Shown one piece after another: positions 38,472 through 52,523 of a stretch of DNA of 64,000 nt. Each line of letters starts with the position of its first letter. The stretch's first letter is position 1. The stretch comes from Psilocybe cubensis (Eukaryota), in NCBI GenBank assembly GCA_017499595.2, contig CM038998.1, positions 2,418,001-2,482,000 of the forward strand, given 5' to 3'. The notes beneath the pieces were generated by a model that made no database searches, was not told where the DNA came from, and saw only the letters and a program-made list of their open reading frames with translations. Both the position numbers and the translations under genes were made by a program.

Positions 38472-41400
38472 ATGGTGCCGCGAATAAGTAGTCCTGCTCG
38501 TCTGCTCCGTCGCTCCTTTGCCACACATGTTCCTCGTGAGAGAGACTGTACTTCAATTACCCCTCCTTATGCTTTGCTTATTCAAAAGCTCGACCGCGTT
38601 CGCAAGCTCCTGAACAGACCCTTGACCCTGTCGGAAAAGATCCTCTATAGTCACATTATAGATCCAGAGACCTCTCTAGCTTCAAATGGGAGAATAAGAG
38701 GGGAAGCCTATCTTCAGTTGGCTCCTGAGCGAGTTGCAATGCAAGATGCCTCTGCACAGTAGGTCTGTTCAGCCTAATCATTTACATGCCGTACTAAGTA
38801 ACGTGTAGGATGGCCCTGTAAGTTATGATACTGTGGTAAGGGTTTTGGGAACTGAATATCATCAGCCTTCAGTTCATGAGTGCTGGGCTTTCCCAATGCG
38901 CCGTCCCAACGAGCATTCACTGTGACCATCTTATTCAAGCTCTCGACGGTGCCGAATCCGATCTGAAGGTACTATTCGTTTTGCCAAGTCTATAACTTTG
39001 TTTTAATAAACAAATCAGCGCTCAATAGTCACCAATCGAGAAGTTTTCGATTTTTTGCAAAGTGCTGCTCAGAAATATGGCATCGAGTTTTGGAGGCCTG
39101 GTTCAGGCATCATCCATCAAATAGTACTCGAGAACTACGCAGCTCCAGGAATGCTTATGTGAGTGGTTTTATATCGTCACTGCATGCAACCTCTTAACTA
39201 CGTCTTGCCACAGGTTGGGAACAGGTATAATGATCTTAATCGATCGGATTCATGTACTTTTCGTTCTAAAAAGTTGTAGATTCACACACACCGAATGCTG
39301 GAGGCCTTGGTATGCTTGCTATCGGAGTAGGTGGTGCTGATGCCGTTGATGCAATGACGGGAACACCCTGGGAACTGAAAGCCCCTACTGTTATCGGTAA
39401 GTCAGTTACTAAAATGGAGTTATTTTGGTCTAAAATGATACTAGGGATTCATCTGACTGGAAAACTGAATGGCTGGACAACACCCAAGGACCTCATTCTT
39501 CATCTTGCTGGCAAGCTGACAGTCAGGGTATGTAACGCCTTGTGTGTACGAGTAATAACCTCCCACAAACAAATTAAACCATCCAGGGAGGAACGGGTAG
39601 CATTTTGGAATATTACGGGCCCGGCGTTACTTCTCAGTCTTGCACTGGTCAGCTTATATTATTGTTTCTGATGGCATATCATGCAGACAAAACATCAACA
39701 GGTTTGGCCACTATCGCGAATATGGGAGCAGAGGTTGGGGCGACTACTTCAACTTTTCCATATTCGTCGAATATGCGTGAATACCTGAAAGCCACTGGTC
39801 GCGCATCCGTGGCTGCTTCTGCCGACCAAGCTGCGTCTCAGGGCTTCCTTAGTGCCGATGAAGGAGCTCAGTATGACGATGTGATTGAAATTGCAAGTCC
39901 TGGTTTCTTTTACATTCAGCAATATCTTTTAAAAATGCTATTCACAGAATTTGTCTGACCTCGAACCTACCATCAACGGCCCTTTCACCCCTGATCTTGC
40001 AACCCCTATCTCGAAGTTTGGTAAATTCATCGAAGAACAAGGGTGGAAGGATGAATTTTCTGCTGGGCTCATTGGATCATGTACTAATAGTTCTTATGAA
40101 GACATGGTGAGTAATGCTATGGCTTGTAACCTGTTAACCTGCCTTGTTAAATTCCATGAGTCAGACTAGTGTAGCAGATTTGGCCAGACAGGCGAAGTCT
40201 GCTGGACTCACCACTAAGGTCCCTTTTCTTTGTACACCCGGCTCGGAACAGATTCGCGCGACTATGGAACGTGACAACGTTACCTCTACCCTTCAAGACG
40301 TTGGAGCGTTGGTACTTGCCAATGCTTGTGGTCCTTGTATCGGCCAGGAAAGTTTCCACATACCAATGCCGCATCTTTTTGCTAACCTTTTCAACAGTGG
40401 CAACGCGTGGATAAAAAGGGCGAAGAAAATGGTATGCCACCTCGGTTTGGATCACACGAAGGGTTATGCCGAATCTCACGTCTATTTGACAGCTATTCTT
40501 ACCAGCTTTAATCGCAACTTCAAGTCCAGGAACGATGGCAATAACCGCACGATGAACTTCCTAGCTTCCCCTACTGTTGTTACAGCAATGGCATTCTCCG
40601 GAAAGCTTTCTTTCAATCCTCTTGTAGATTCTATCACTCTTCCTTCAGGTGAGGCCTTTAAGTTCATGCCTCCATCTGGACAAGATCTCCCTTCAAACGG
40701 ATTCACCCTTGGGGATCAATCCTACTATCCTGTGCCAATGCCGAAGCCTCAACCTGAGGTTGAGGTCGTTATCAAGAAAGATTCGCAGAGGCTGGAAATC
40801 TTGGAACCGTTCAAAAGTCCTTTTGAATCTAGCTCAAAACTTGAACTGCCTCCTCTGAAGGTCCTCCTTCGTGTCCGCGGAAAATGTACAACTGACCATA
40901 TCTCTGCGGCTGTAAGCATCCCAGATATGAATTCTCTTAATTCACACTCTAATTTACATACTACCAGGGTCCATGGTTGAAATACAAAGGTCATCTCACA
41001 AATATCTCTGAGAATTTATGTATGTCGTTTTGTAACATTTGACGGTCCTTTGTAACTAACGAGTAACACAAGTGATTACTGTACGATTACTTTGAATCCT
41101 AACCACAACGATTAACCAACAACGTTTTTAGGCTATCAACGACGAAGGGGGTGATATGAATGTCGCTTTCGACAGGGACAATAATACTTCTGGCACCATT
41201 CCCGAAATTGCCAAAAGCTTTAAAGCTCGCCAGCAACCATGGGCAATTATCGTTGATGAGAACTACGGAGAGGGGTCGGCTAGAGAACACGCCGCTCTTC
41301 AGCCTCGATTTTATGGTTCATACATTTCTCAATTGATTCATTATGTTCAGTACTGACCATTGCGACAGGATGTGCCATGATTTTGGCCAGGTCGTTTGCT

Positions 41401-41731
41401 CGAATCCACGAGACGAACCTGAAGGTAAACTGATTTTCTCTAGGTTTTTCCTATGCTCACATCAACTGGATTTCTTTAGAAACAAGGGGTTCTCCCTCTG
41501 TGGTTCGTCGACAAAAATGATTATTCGAGGATAGGCTCCGGAGATTTATTGGAAACTATTGGGCTTGCTGACGTCTTTGCCGGTAAACCTGATGCGTCTG
41601 TACGGATCAAGGTCACCAAGCTAGATGGCACTGTGTTTGAAATCGCAACCAAACATACTATGTCTGCAGACCAGCTCAAGTGGCTCAAAGCAGGCTCTGC
41701 ATTGAATTATATTCGATCTACAAAAGTTTAG
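38472..41731 (+). CDS. ACO2: Mitochondrial aconitase family, Aco2/homocitrate dehydratase type
   Basis: Arg-rich presequence, [60 protein letters not shown] and [11 protein letters not shown]. The QDASAQ/SIHCDH variants fit Aco2 better than Aco1. Confidence 0.88.
40348..40397 (+). other. Putative non-canonical GA-AG spliceosomal intron in ACO2
   Basis: CAG|GAAAGT...GCTAAC...CAACAG|TGG. This junction restores the conserved CIGQW. Confidence 0.6.
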
Positions 41732-41761
41732 GAGTACTAATAATATATCACATTGTAGAAT

Positions 41762-44700
41762 TCACAATGTAGAATTCACAGCAGATTGTAGGAAATCATT
41801 ATAATTTTCTTGTATACTTCCTGTTCCGTTCTTCCTCAACCAAGATAATGTATCAGTGGCAACATCCATAGCAGAAGAAGGAATTCCTGCAAGACGCGCA
41901 ACCTTAAGACCGTGGCTGTCGCGGTTGATTCCGGGTCGAACTCTGTAGGAGTATGTGAAATGTCCCTCCTAAGGAAACACATCAGCTCAATATTTGATGA
42001 TTTATACATAATCAAAAACATACACCAGCATCTTCAACGTCACTGCAGTAAAAACGCACGTTGTGGAATGCGCCGGAACCGCATACGTTATTTTTATTTC
42101 CTACCATTTCAGCCAATTCGTGGAAGTGGGTTGCAAATAAACAACGACTTTTGTTAACAGTCGCCAAATGGTGAAGAGCAGCGAAGGCGATTGCTAAGCC
42201 ATCTTTTACTGTTGTGCCTCTGCCAACTTCATCCATAATAACCTACGTATGGTTGAGCTCCAGAAGTGCATAAAGTACAATTGCGTGACTTACGAGGCTC
42301 TTTTCAGTAGCTCGGCGTAGAATATCGGCCGTTTCGAGCATTTCAACCATGAATGTACTTCGATCACGGAACAGATCATCCTTAGCACCGATTCTAGAGA
42401 AAAGCTTGTCAACTATGCTTATGTATGCATAGTCGGCGGGGACACAAGACCCCACTTGGGCCAGAATGGCTATGACTGCAGTTTGACGAAGAAGGGTCGA
42501 TTTTCCGGCCATGTTGGGACCTGTAATGATATGCAAATTCGAGAAGGGGTCCATGGACACTGAATTTGGGGTAAACTGCCGTCCTGAGGAAAGCAATCCC
42601 ATTTCCACAGAAGCATGTCGACCGTTGACAACGTTGTAGCAACCGCTGAGTTGCAAAATTAATTGAGCCATACATCAAACGAAGAAGTTTCTCTTACTCG
42701 TTAGATAATTCTGGGCGAACAAACTTCATCTCATCCGCTAGTATGGCAAATGAAATAGCTACGTCCAACTCATCAATGACTTGCGCATTCTGTCGCAACC
42801 CCCTCGCATGTTGTATAACCTGTTTGACAATGAATGGAGAATTTGATGACCAAGTCAAAAAAAAAAAAAAACCAACCTCGAGACTGAGCCCTTCGAAAAC
42901 CTCTCTCTCTGCTTGACCAATAGCAAATGATGTTTCCGCTATCGCAGCTCCAAGTTCTGACCAACCCTGTGATGATTGTCAGCGACTTTGTAGTATAGTA
43001 AAAAAAGTCGGGAAGGCAAAAGGGTCACCCTGTAGATGTAACTTTTAGTTGTTAGACTTTCTCCAATGCTGTAGAAATCGGGGTCAAGGTCCAACTTTCT
43101 TTTGTCACGCTTTGCTCGAGAAAGATGTATAAACATTCCTTGACCTGATGCTGACCGAAGACTGAGAGAAGGAGCATCTAGGAAATAAAGATCAGATTGC
43201 TGAAGCATGAATGCAATGAAAATCAATACCATATTTAAGCCGAAGATCGGATTCCATCTTGTCTTTATCCATGGATAATCTCTTCAAAGTTTCGTTCAGA
43301 TTTGTCAACTTCTCAGAAAATCTTGAAACAGGTTAGTCGACCTCTTTCGGCGAGCCATCACATTTTCCTACGTACTGCGGATTTATAAAACTTTTATGGG
43401 ATTCAGGTCTTTCAGACATTGATGTCAATATCTGTGAGTCAGGCGGAGCATCGATATCGCCGATCACTTCCAGCGAGTCGTTGGAGTCGACATTAGCGTT
43501 TATGATAATTGCATTTGTGATTTTCTCTGAAAGACTTTCAAGACTGATCAACCGTTCAAGCAAAGAATCCATAGCATTCCATTCGCCTAGACGACAAGAG
43601 TCACGACTCTCGGATTGTTCCAGCACCTTTTCTTGAGCGCATATATCCTTGAGGGAGGACCAAAAGTGGATTGTGTTGCGTATCGAAGCAAGGTCGCCAA
43701 AATCAGCACGTCCCAACAGGAATCGTTGACATAACCGACCAACGTCGTCTATCTCATTCAAGATGTTGGTGATGTCCATGCGGAAATGAGGCCGACTACG
43801 GAAAAATGCTACCAGTGATTGACGAGCATTTATTTCCGGTATTGATGTACTTGGAGAACCTAGTATAAAAATTAGTCTCCGGATTCGTCAAAGAGATTTG
43901 AACTTACAGAGCCATCTTGCCAATAGTCGAGCGCCGCCGCTCGTCGTCGTCCTCTTGATGACACTCAGCAAACTTCCCGTACTACTACCTTCATGACCAC
44001 TTTCGCGGATCTCCAGGCCTTGAATGGTGTGTAAATCGATTTGCATGCGGTCATGAGCACTTTCATGTAATGGGGCATCAAGCTTTGGCATATGTTCCAA
44101 TAGATTATCTTGCAGATATTTTGTGAGTAGATTGACTGCAATTGATTCCCGGATAGCAGCTTGCGAGGGTAAGACTGAGGATTCTTTGGTTTCTTCTCCA
44201 TCGCGCAGCGGTGGATCAAATACCTCGTCAGAGGAATGTGACACATCATCAAGCACAGATTGAGGTGTTTCGATTATACTTGAAGCAGAATATAGATGAT
44301 CCATCGTCGAGGAGACGGGCGTAGTATAAGATACAAGAAAGTTACCTTCGGTGAAGGCTGAAAATATGGGATGTTTTAATTTTTGGCGCAAGGAATCTTC
44401 GAGCACGACTTCACGAGGAGCCAACCGAGCAAGTTCGTCAGGAACGTTTTCAAGTTTGCATTGTTTTGAAAAAAATTCCCCCGTTGAAACATCGATCCAA
44501 GCGAGCCCGGTTTCTGTAGCATTAGTGCAGTCATCCGGGTCTGGAGAAGGACTGATGGCAAGAAGGTAGTTGTTTACAAGAGGATTGACGAATGATTCGT
44601 CAATTAACGTCCCTGGAGTAACAATCCGGGTTACTCTCCGTTCAAATTCCTTGGAATTGAATTTCGAGTCTGATTGTAAGGGGAATTCTTCACATAGAGC

Positions 44701-45561
44701 GACAAAACGTTTTTCTTGTTGGACTAAGGTTTTGAGGTGCTTGTCGATATGTATGATCGGGAAGCCGCACATGGCTATACGTTCTCCGTTCCATTTCCTA
44801 CTTGTCAACTTGATGTTCAATAAATGCGATATCTCGACAGCTTGGTCAAAATAGGACTTTGGTGAAGGTAAGCAAGTGTTAAATGAAGGGTTTATGGGCA
44901 AAGGTACCTCGTAGAATTGGCCAATCCGAGTGAGAAGTAGACAATGAGGGAATTGTTTCAGATTGGACACAATTTGCCTGTAGAGAAAGGTGGTAGGTTT
45001 GGCAACTTTCGATGCTGGGAAGCTTCAATACAGGATGCCCATGTCTAAACAAATGACAGACCTTTAGATACCTTTTCAGGCAGCTTGGATTCGACATCTT
45101 CATCCGCAACTTCGAGAGCTAGGTGCTTGTCAGTGAGGAATGGAAGAACCATGATGTGTGTAATTACGAGGTTGAGATTTGACCGAGCGACGTTTACGCG
45201 TAGGTTTAGCAGCATTGTCTACGGAAACCTTGTCGTCTTGGAATAATAAAGTTAGAACTAACAAAAATGTTGTATTGGATTCTGCCTTACCGGATTCAAT
45301 TTTCTGAATGCATGATATGAGAGGGCTTGCTGATATCCCTGAAGGTGCCACATATACATCAGGTAGATCCGAGAACTTGACTTTAGTTTTCTGAGATCTT
45401 TTTGGCAAAGGTGATGCGCTCGAGGTTTCGTTGTGCTTTGAACTTGGTTGGGAGCCTCCAGACTCTGAGATTTTTAAGGTGACGTAGGCCCGACGCGTTA
45501 AAGTCAGGCAGTTATACTGTCTTGTACAAGCTAGTTGGCCAGAAAGACGCGTTAGAACCAT
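41762..45561 (-). CDS. MSH1: Mitochondrial MutS homolog
   Basis: [71 protein letters not shown] and [11 protein letters not shown]. Basic N-terminal presequence. Confidence 0.93.
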
Positions 45562-45876
45562 GTTTCAATGTTCTGCATTCCAGAAAAATCAGCTTCTGTT
45601 GAGGCAGAGGGTGGCGCTTTACGTACAATGTTCAAGGTCAGGCAGGGCATCGTCTTAAATCCCTGGCTATCAAAGATGTTTAATTACGGCGGTTAAGTAG
45701 CGCCTAGAGCATAGTTGTGGTAAGTAATTAATAGTTCCATCACGTTACCGTTCTAAGAATTTCAAACAGACAAAAGTCACGCCACTAACTTCCAAGCGGA
45801 GTTTAAAGTGCAAATATACGACAGCGAGGAGGGAATATTTGTCAAGTCCCTCTAAGTACTCATAATACCCCATAAG

Positions 45877-47467
45877 ATGTCGTTCGCTGGCAGGCGCAGA
45901 GGAAACAAAGCAAAGAAGGGTGTTCAGTTCACCTTGATGGTGGTTGGTACGTCAACGACACCTCTTCTTACTGCTACTCTCTTTGCGTCGTTAATGGCTC
46001 GTTTTTAGGTGCTTCGGGAACCGGTCGAACCACCTTTGTGAACACCCTTTGCGAGTCTGAGGTCTTGGCCCACAAGGTTTCTGACACTCCCGAGCTTGCA
46101 CACGTTGAAGAAGGCATTAGAATTAAGCCAGTCACCGTCGGTAAGTTTCAGGAGCTATAACACGTCAACTGTTCCCCTCAATCGTTTTCCAACTGTAGAG
46201 CTCGAGGAGGACGGTGTCCGCATTTCGCTGACCATTGTTGACACTCCTGGATTTGGCGACAACATTGACAACGAGTTTGCGTACGTGTTTATGTCTTTTT
46301 GCAGTCCCTACGGTGTGTGTGTGACGTGTATTTTAGTTTCCAGGAGATTGTTGGCTACCTCGAACGCCAATATGATGATATCCTTGCAGAAGAGTCAAGG
46401 ATTAAACGTAACCCTCGTTTCAGAGACAACCGAATTCACGCTCTTTTATATTTCATCCCCCCCACCGGACATGCGTATGTGGATTGGTATTCAAGTTTGG
46501 CGGTGTACTGATGGGTTGCCATAGTTTAAGAGAGATGGATATTGAACTCATGCGTCGCCTTTCGCCCCGTGTCAACGTGATTCCTGTGATCGGCAAGGCA
46601 GACTCTTTGACCCCCAGCGAATTGAAGGGATTCAAGAAGAGGGTATGTTGGAGACACTGGTGGTCATTGATGCACCCCTAACCTGTTTGCAGATCATGGA
46701 AGACATTGAAAACTACGACATCCCTGTCTACAACTTCCCCTACGACGTGGAGGAAGATGACGAAGAGACTATTCAGGACAACAGTGAACTCAGGGTATGC
46801 TATGCTTGCTGGTTAGAGTATGAACGCGAGCTCATGAAATGATGTTTAGGCACTTCTCCCATTTGCCGTTATTGGCTCGGAGGAAGAAATTGAGATTGAC
46901 GGACAGCCCGTTCGGGCACGGATCTACCCCTGGGGTATCGCAGAAGTTGACAACCCGAAGCACTCTGACTTTAGCCGACTCAGGAGCGCGCTGCTCAAGT
47001 AGGTTAACTGCCCTTCAGTGAGGCTAATAGCGCTAACGGCGGGGATGTGGGTAGCTCGCACCTGGCTGATTTGAAATCGCTGACGCACGATCTCCTGTAC
47101 GAAACGTACCGCACGGAGAAGCTGTCGAGGACAGTTCACTCTGCCGATCCACAGTACGTGAAAAACAAGGGGGGTGATGCCTGGAGCTAACATGAGTACA
47201 GCGACTCTTCTATCCTTCCCGAGGAACTTGCGTCGCAAAGCGTTCGTCTCAAAGAAGAACAGCTGCGCCGCGAGGAAGAAAAGGTAAGCGGGGAGGACGT
47301 GTCTGTATGTGCGATTCTGACAAGTGTTGCAGTTGCGGGAGATCGAGGTCAAGGTGCAACGAGAGATCAACGAGAAGCGACAGGAGCTGCTTGCAAAAGA
47401 AGAGTCGTTGAGGAACCTGGAGAGCCGACTTGCAGCACAGGGGTCGCAAGGAGAGTTTCGGGAGTAG
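45877..47467 (+). CDS. CDC11: Septin, Cdc11/AspA group
   Basis: P-loop GASGTGRTTF (Arg variant typical of Cdc11), DTPGFGD, GKADSLT, RIYPWG, HSDF, LYETYRTEKL and a C-terminal coiled coil. Confidence 0.9.
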
Positions 47468-47673
47468 AGAGTAGTCGTATGTTAGTCTGTTGGAGACTAT
47501 TCGTATATATACCCAGGAGATTGATAGTCGGATAATCATTACCCTCGTTTGTTTGATGTTGAATGTTGAATGTTAATAGTGAATAATTCATCATGTTTGG
47601 GTGTGCAAACCGAGGGCAGCCAAATCAGACAACTCCCGTCGCTGAGTTTTCCCAGGCTCGTCTGCTTTCCTCC

Positions 47674-50124
47674 ATGGACGATCTCTCTGACCCCCCTCCC
47701 CAGTCTTATCTCCCCCCTCCCGCCCTCCGCCACCACCATTCCGCCCTCCTCGCGCCCCCCACTGACCACCCCCATCGCTCAGACCAGAGACCCTCCTCTC
47801 GTCGCGCCCTCACCAGGGCCCTCGAACTCGCCCGCGAGGCTGTCCAGCTAGACTCTACCAATGACAATCCAGAGGCCGCAGTCGCTGCCTATGCTCGCAG
47901 CGTCGCCCTCCTCAGCGAGGTCATGGAGCGCGTCAGAAACGGCGAGGACAGCACTTCAGACTCTCACAGGAGGCGTAGACGTCGCAGCGTCGCAGCTCAG
48001 GAGGAAGAGGTCCGTCGTCTCCAGAACATCGTGAGTCTCCTCTTTTTCCCTCTCTTTTCTCTCTCTCTCATATTTGTTGTCCAGCATGATACCTATGCAG
48101 ACCGCATGAATATTCTGAGCATCATCTACAGCATACCTCCCGTGCCATATCCATCATATTCTGCCGCTCTCGCTTCTGACGCGCCCTCGACTTCCCCTAC
48201 CTCTACTTCTCCTTCTTCCGACAACTCTCCTCAGATACCACACCAGGTATATACCCAGTACAATCCAGATTCTGTCCCCAGTTTTTCAACTCCTCAGTAC
48301 AATGATACAAGAGACAGCGTCTACAGGCTAGATGAAGAGGTTCTTGAGAGGTCCGCCATCTCTGGTCTTCCCAACACATCACATCCATACGCTCTTCAGT
48401 ACGATGTTCCTCCTCTGCCCCAGCCCCAGCCTCAGCTCCAACCCCAGCCGATACAGCCTGTCCCTTCATTTCGCAATTCTGTCATAGCTAGTCGCAAATC
48501 TAGACCCCCTAATTCCCTGCCCCCAAAGCCTCCTCCGCCAAGTGCATCTCTACCGCCACCCCCGGTCCAAACAGAGCTTGCCTATGACCCTCCCCCATTA
48601 AACCATCAGCGGCCGGGGTTACAGCCACGCCTTGCTGCTGCTGCTGCTGTAGAATCAACTTCTCATCGGCGTACCCCTTCCGCTTCTAATCTAAGACCGT
48701 TGGAGGAAGAAAACCAGGTTTCCGAACGTCAACTTTCCCGGCCTCGCGAAGACACGCTCGACTCACAAAAACCTGTCCCTGATGCTCTGCGAGCCAACAG
48801 ACGAGAATCCCCTCCGCTGCCTCCTTTGCCCTCGCCCCCTCTTGTGCCAGAAACCAATGGAATTTCCCGAAGTGTGCCCATTTCGAAACCACCTCCTTCA
48901 CCAAGGCTACCATCAGATAATAGACCTAGGGCTATGTCCCAAGTGCCATCGCGCACTGAAATCAGTGTTCCAAATATTCACTCGATTAATCAGGGTACCT
49001 TGTATGGGCGGAGAAAAACGTCTGCGCCTCCAAGCTCGCGTTCCTCATCTCCTGCAGAGTCCACAACATCGAATGGATCCGTACCGCAGCCGAGATCAAC
49101 TGGTCGGAGGAGTCGCTCATCTTCACAGCCTGGTCATAGACCCTCAACAACAGGCGGAAGAGCCTCTCCTGACCCACCACCTCCTCTTCCAGAAATCACG
49201 CCGGGAAACGGTACTCCTAGGAAGAGATCAACGGCTTCAAAACCACAAGAACCAGTCTCCTTTGTATATCCAGCGTCAACTTTCGGAAACCTCCCCACAA
49301 CACCTACATCACCGCTACCTCCAGCACCGCCCTCTGACCCCCTTCTCAAGCCTTATCATATGATGAACCTTCTAAGAAATACTATGGTTGCTTCGACAGG
49401 CGGTTATGTGACGCGTCGATTACATGTCCCACACGAAGTTTGGTCTCAGGGCGGTGCAAAACTGTCCAATTTGGACGAAAAGATTCGAGTAGTCACAATC
49501 TTATGCTCAGCTTTAGAAGATCTTGAAGGCAATAGTGCAGAACATTTTGGTGCTGGCAACGTTAGCAGTGGCATGGCTCTTGGCATCGGAAGCATAGGCA
49601 GACGCGAAGCAGACGCCTGGCTGTCCAAACTCGATGAATTTTCAAACGTCTGCGATCACGTAGTGACTAATTTTGGCAAAAAACTAGGTGTAGGAGAAGG
49701 CTTCGTCTCGAGGAAGCCAACATGGGGTGGTAAACTTTTCAGCCGATTGGATAAATTCACCAACAATGGAAAGAAGTGAGTGCATTCTCGAGCAAAAAGT
49801 GCTCTCAAGCGAATCAAAAAAAAGGTTGATGCTAATTTAAAACAAAACTTCTCTAGTCTCGACTCTCCAGCAGCGTATGTCCAAGGTCTTAAGAAGCTAT
49901 TTTTGCTTTCGCAGCTGTTGGATGAACACACGCGCGCCATCCTATCACAACCCATCGCACCAGCCTATGGTGCCTTTCCGTTGGATCTTCGAGGTTCCGC
50001 AGAGCAGAAGCTGAAACGGTTCTCCGAGTTCTTTGCCAGCGTCGTCCTCACCTTTGTCATCCGAGATCTGTCGCAGTTGCTCGACAAGTACGTCAAGAAA
50101 TGCGAAAAGTGGCTAGCAGAGTAG
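47674..50124 (+). CDS. MIT-domain protein with long Pro/Ser-rich region and conserved C-terminal helical domain
   Basis: LTRALELAREAVQLDS...AAVAAYARSVALLSEV...RLQNIHDTYADRM is MIT-like. C-terminal motifs GGYVTRRLHVPHEVW and VIRDLSQLLDKYVK. An alternative ATG lies at 47593. Confidence 0.82.
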
Positions 50125-50546
50125 ATTCTTGCCTTCAGACTAGCCAGATAGGAACCCCCCTTTCCCTTGGCGGATCGCTCAAAATTCCTCCACCTTGGGA
50201 AACAATCTATCCTCTTTATTTCGATCTTTCTTCTTACTCAAATCTCATTATTGCCCTATTTGCCTCCTCTTGCTCACTATGTCTGTTTTTGTTGCGTTTT
50301 TTTTTCACATACTTCGGGAATCTGTGTTCAATAGTTGTAAGATAATAAAGAGAGAATCTTGATCCGTACACAGTTTACCGTGTCTACGAGGATTAAAAGA
50401 CAGTGAATTGTATCATAGAATGTGTGTTTGACACGATTGTACAAATGCATAAGTAGGATAATTATAGCAATAAGAAAGTGCACTATAGGAATCGCTTGTA
50501 AATAATAAATACTGAGAACCAAGTGATCAAGTGTGGAATTAAGTGC

Positions 50547-52523
50547 CTAATTAGGTTCGGCAGTGATGCTAGATGAATACGGCGACCGTTCGTATGGCCA
50601 CCGTTGCTGTGAAAGTTGGTTGATAACTTTCAACCGCTGGACTAAACATGCAATTCATCAGGAAAATCTATGAAAACCGGTAGCACGAGTAAATTGTTAC
50701 TTACTGTAATCTTGGCGGGTGAATTCATCACCGCCAACTTCATCATCAGAATCAACAAGGGGATCAGTTGACGATATCGCTTTCCATGCCTCTGTAGACA
50801 GAAACACAACATTCAAAAAAATATCTCCGCATATATCTAGACAAATCTTACGTTGCAGCATGTTGCGTGGATGCCCATTGTGACGTGAGCGATGTGTGTC
50901 TTTTACCGGAGAAGTTGATTTGGAATTGTGTGAACCATATGGCGAGTATCGATTCGACTTTGAGTTATGTTGACTTTCAGATTGCATGGTGCTGCGTCGA
51001 TGTATTGGTTGTGAAGCAATACGGGAAGGAAACAAACTTGAAAAAGATTCAGCTGGCTCTGGCCCCGATTGCTTTGATGACATATGCCGTCCTATATGCC
51101 CATATATCAGACTCCGTTGCGAGAAAAGAAAAGGAAAGAAGATTACTTACGGTCCAACAATGCATCGATCAAGGTGTCCTCCTCAGCATCATCATCGTCG
51201 TCATCGAGGTCAAAGTCTAGAGCCATTCTATCCGAGTGTCGGGGTTTCGAAACCTCTTTAGTGGGTTTCGAGGTGGTAGGTTTCTTCTCTTGATGTACAC
51301 GCTGCTTCCCTTTAATCTTAACAGAAGCGCTGCTCGCATTTCGTTTGCCTTTGGCTTTGACTTCATCGATAATGGACAGAGGTGGATCTTCATCATCGCC
51401 AGCAACACTCCCACTAAGGGACGCCTTATTGGAGGCCTTCTCGGCCACTTTCGTGGCCTGGTTATGTATGATACGGTTTCTCTGAAGTATAAGCTTTTGA
51501 GCAAGAGCGACTTCTTCAGGAGGTTCTTGATTTTCTTCTTCTACTTCTTCTGGAGTGAGTGTTGTAATGGAAGGAGGGGAAAACTGCTTTGATGAATCAG
51601 CAAATGGGTTAGGCGATGGTTCCTCATCATAATCATCTTCGGAAGAGGGTGATTCCAGATAGTTATAGCAAAGCCAAAGGAAAGCCTTTGCACGGGATGC
51701 TGAAGAAACATCGGGGCGAAGGAATAGATCAAGAAAGTCTATCCGCCCATTAAAATGGGCTTGCCCTATTGGCTAGTTAATTTCCATTAATAATTAATAC
51801 ATGCAAGTAGCAAGGAAGCATTAAGACATACCCCAGTATGGTGTGCAAGGACAAATATAAGGTTCGTGACACTTGTCGAAGGAGGTGGGCCCGTTTTCTG
51901 TACAAATGTAAATAAACACGGACATCTTGTATGGAGTATGCCAATACGAATACGCACACAACGAGCCAGAATGTCAGCCGGCGTTGCTGGTGGACTTGTG
52001 GCCTCCTCCGCCAGTAGACTCATCTTCAGTATGTGCTTAATACGAGGGGCGTCCTGCATGTTGCCATTAGTTCGTTGGAGCGATGGAATAGGATGATATG
52101 TTCGAATAGCAGTCTTCATTTCAGGAAAGACTGCGGAAGATGTTAATTATGGTCCCAGCCAATTATGCAGGCCTACTCACAGCTCATGGTAGTATTGACG
52201 CGTCCAACATTGACTAGCAGCGCAAGCATTGCGAAGTCCAAGGTGAATGTAGGCGATTCATTAAGCTTGTCTTTAAGGGCTTTAGTCGCCTTTGGAGAGT
52301 TGAGAATAGCTTTGATGTAAAGCTCGCGGAAGGTCAACTTCTTTCCGTCCGTGCCAGCCGCGTATGGGTCGGAGAATACTTCTTGGGTGTTATCAAAGAC
52401 GGCTTGAAGAAAGTCGTACTGGATATCCACACGAGTCAGAGGTTCGCCATCTGCGCGTTTGATGGGTATCACTCTTCGCTGAGTCGCCGCCGGCGCAGGA
52501 CTCGTCCTCCGCGAAGCCGCCAT
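50547..52523 (-). CDS. IES1: INO80 complex subunit Ies1-like, paralog A
   Basis: IKRADGEPLTRVDIQYDFL, LLVNVGRVNTTMSFFPEMKTAIRTYHPIPSLQ, QDAPRIKHILK, RAKAFLWLCYNYLE and DPLVDSDDE. Confidence 0.85.
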
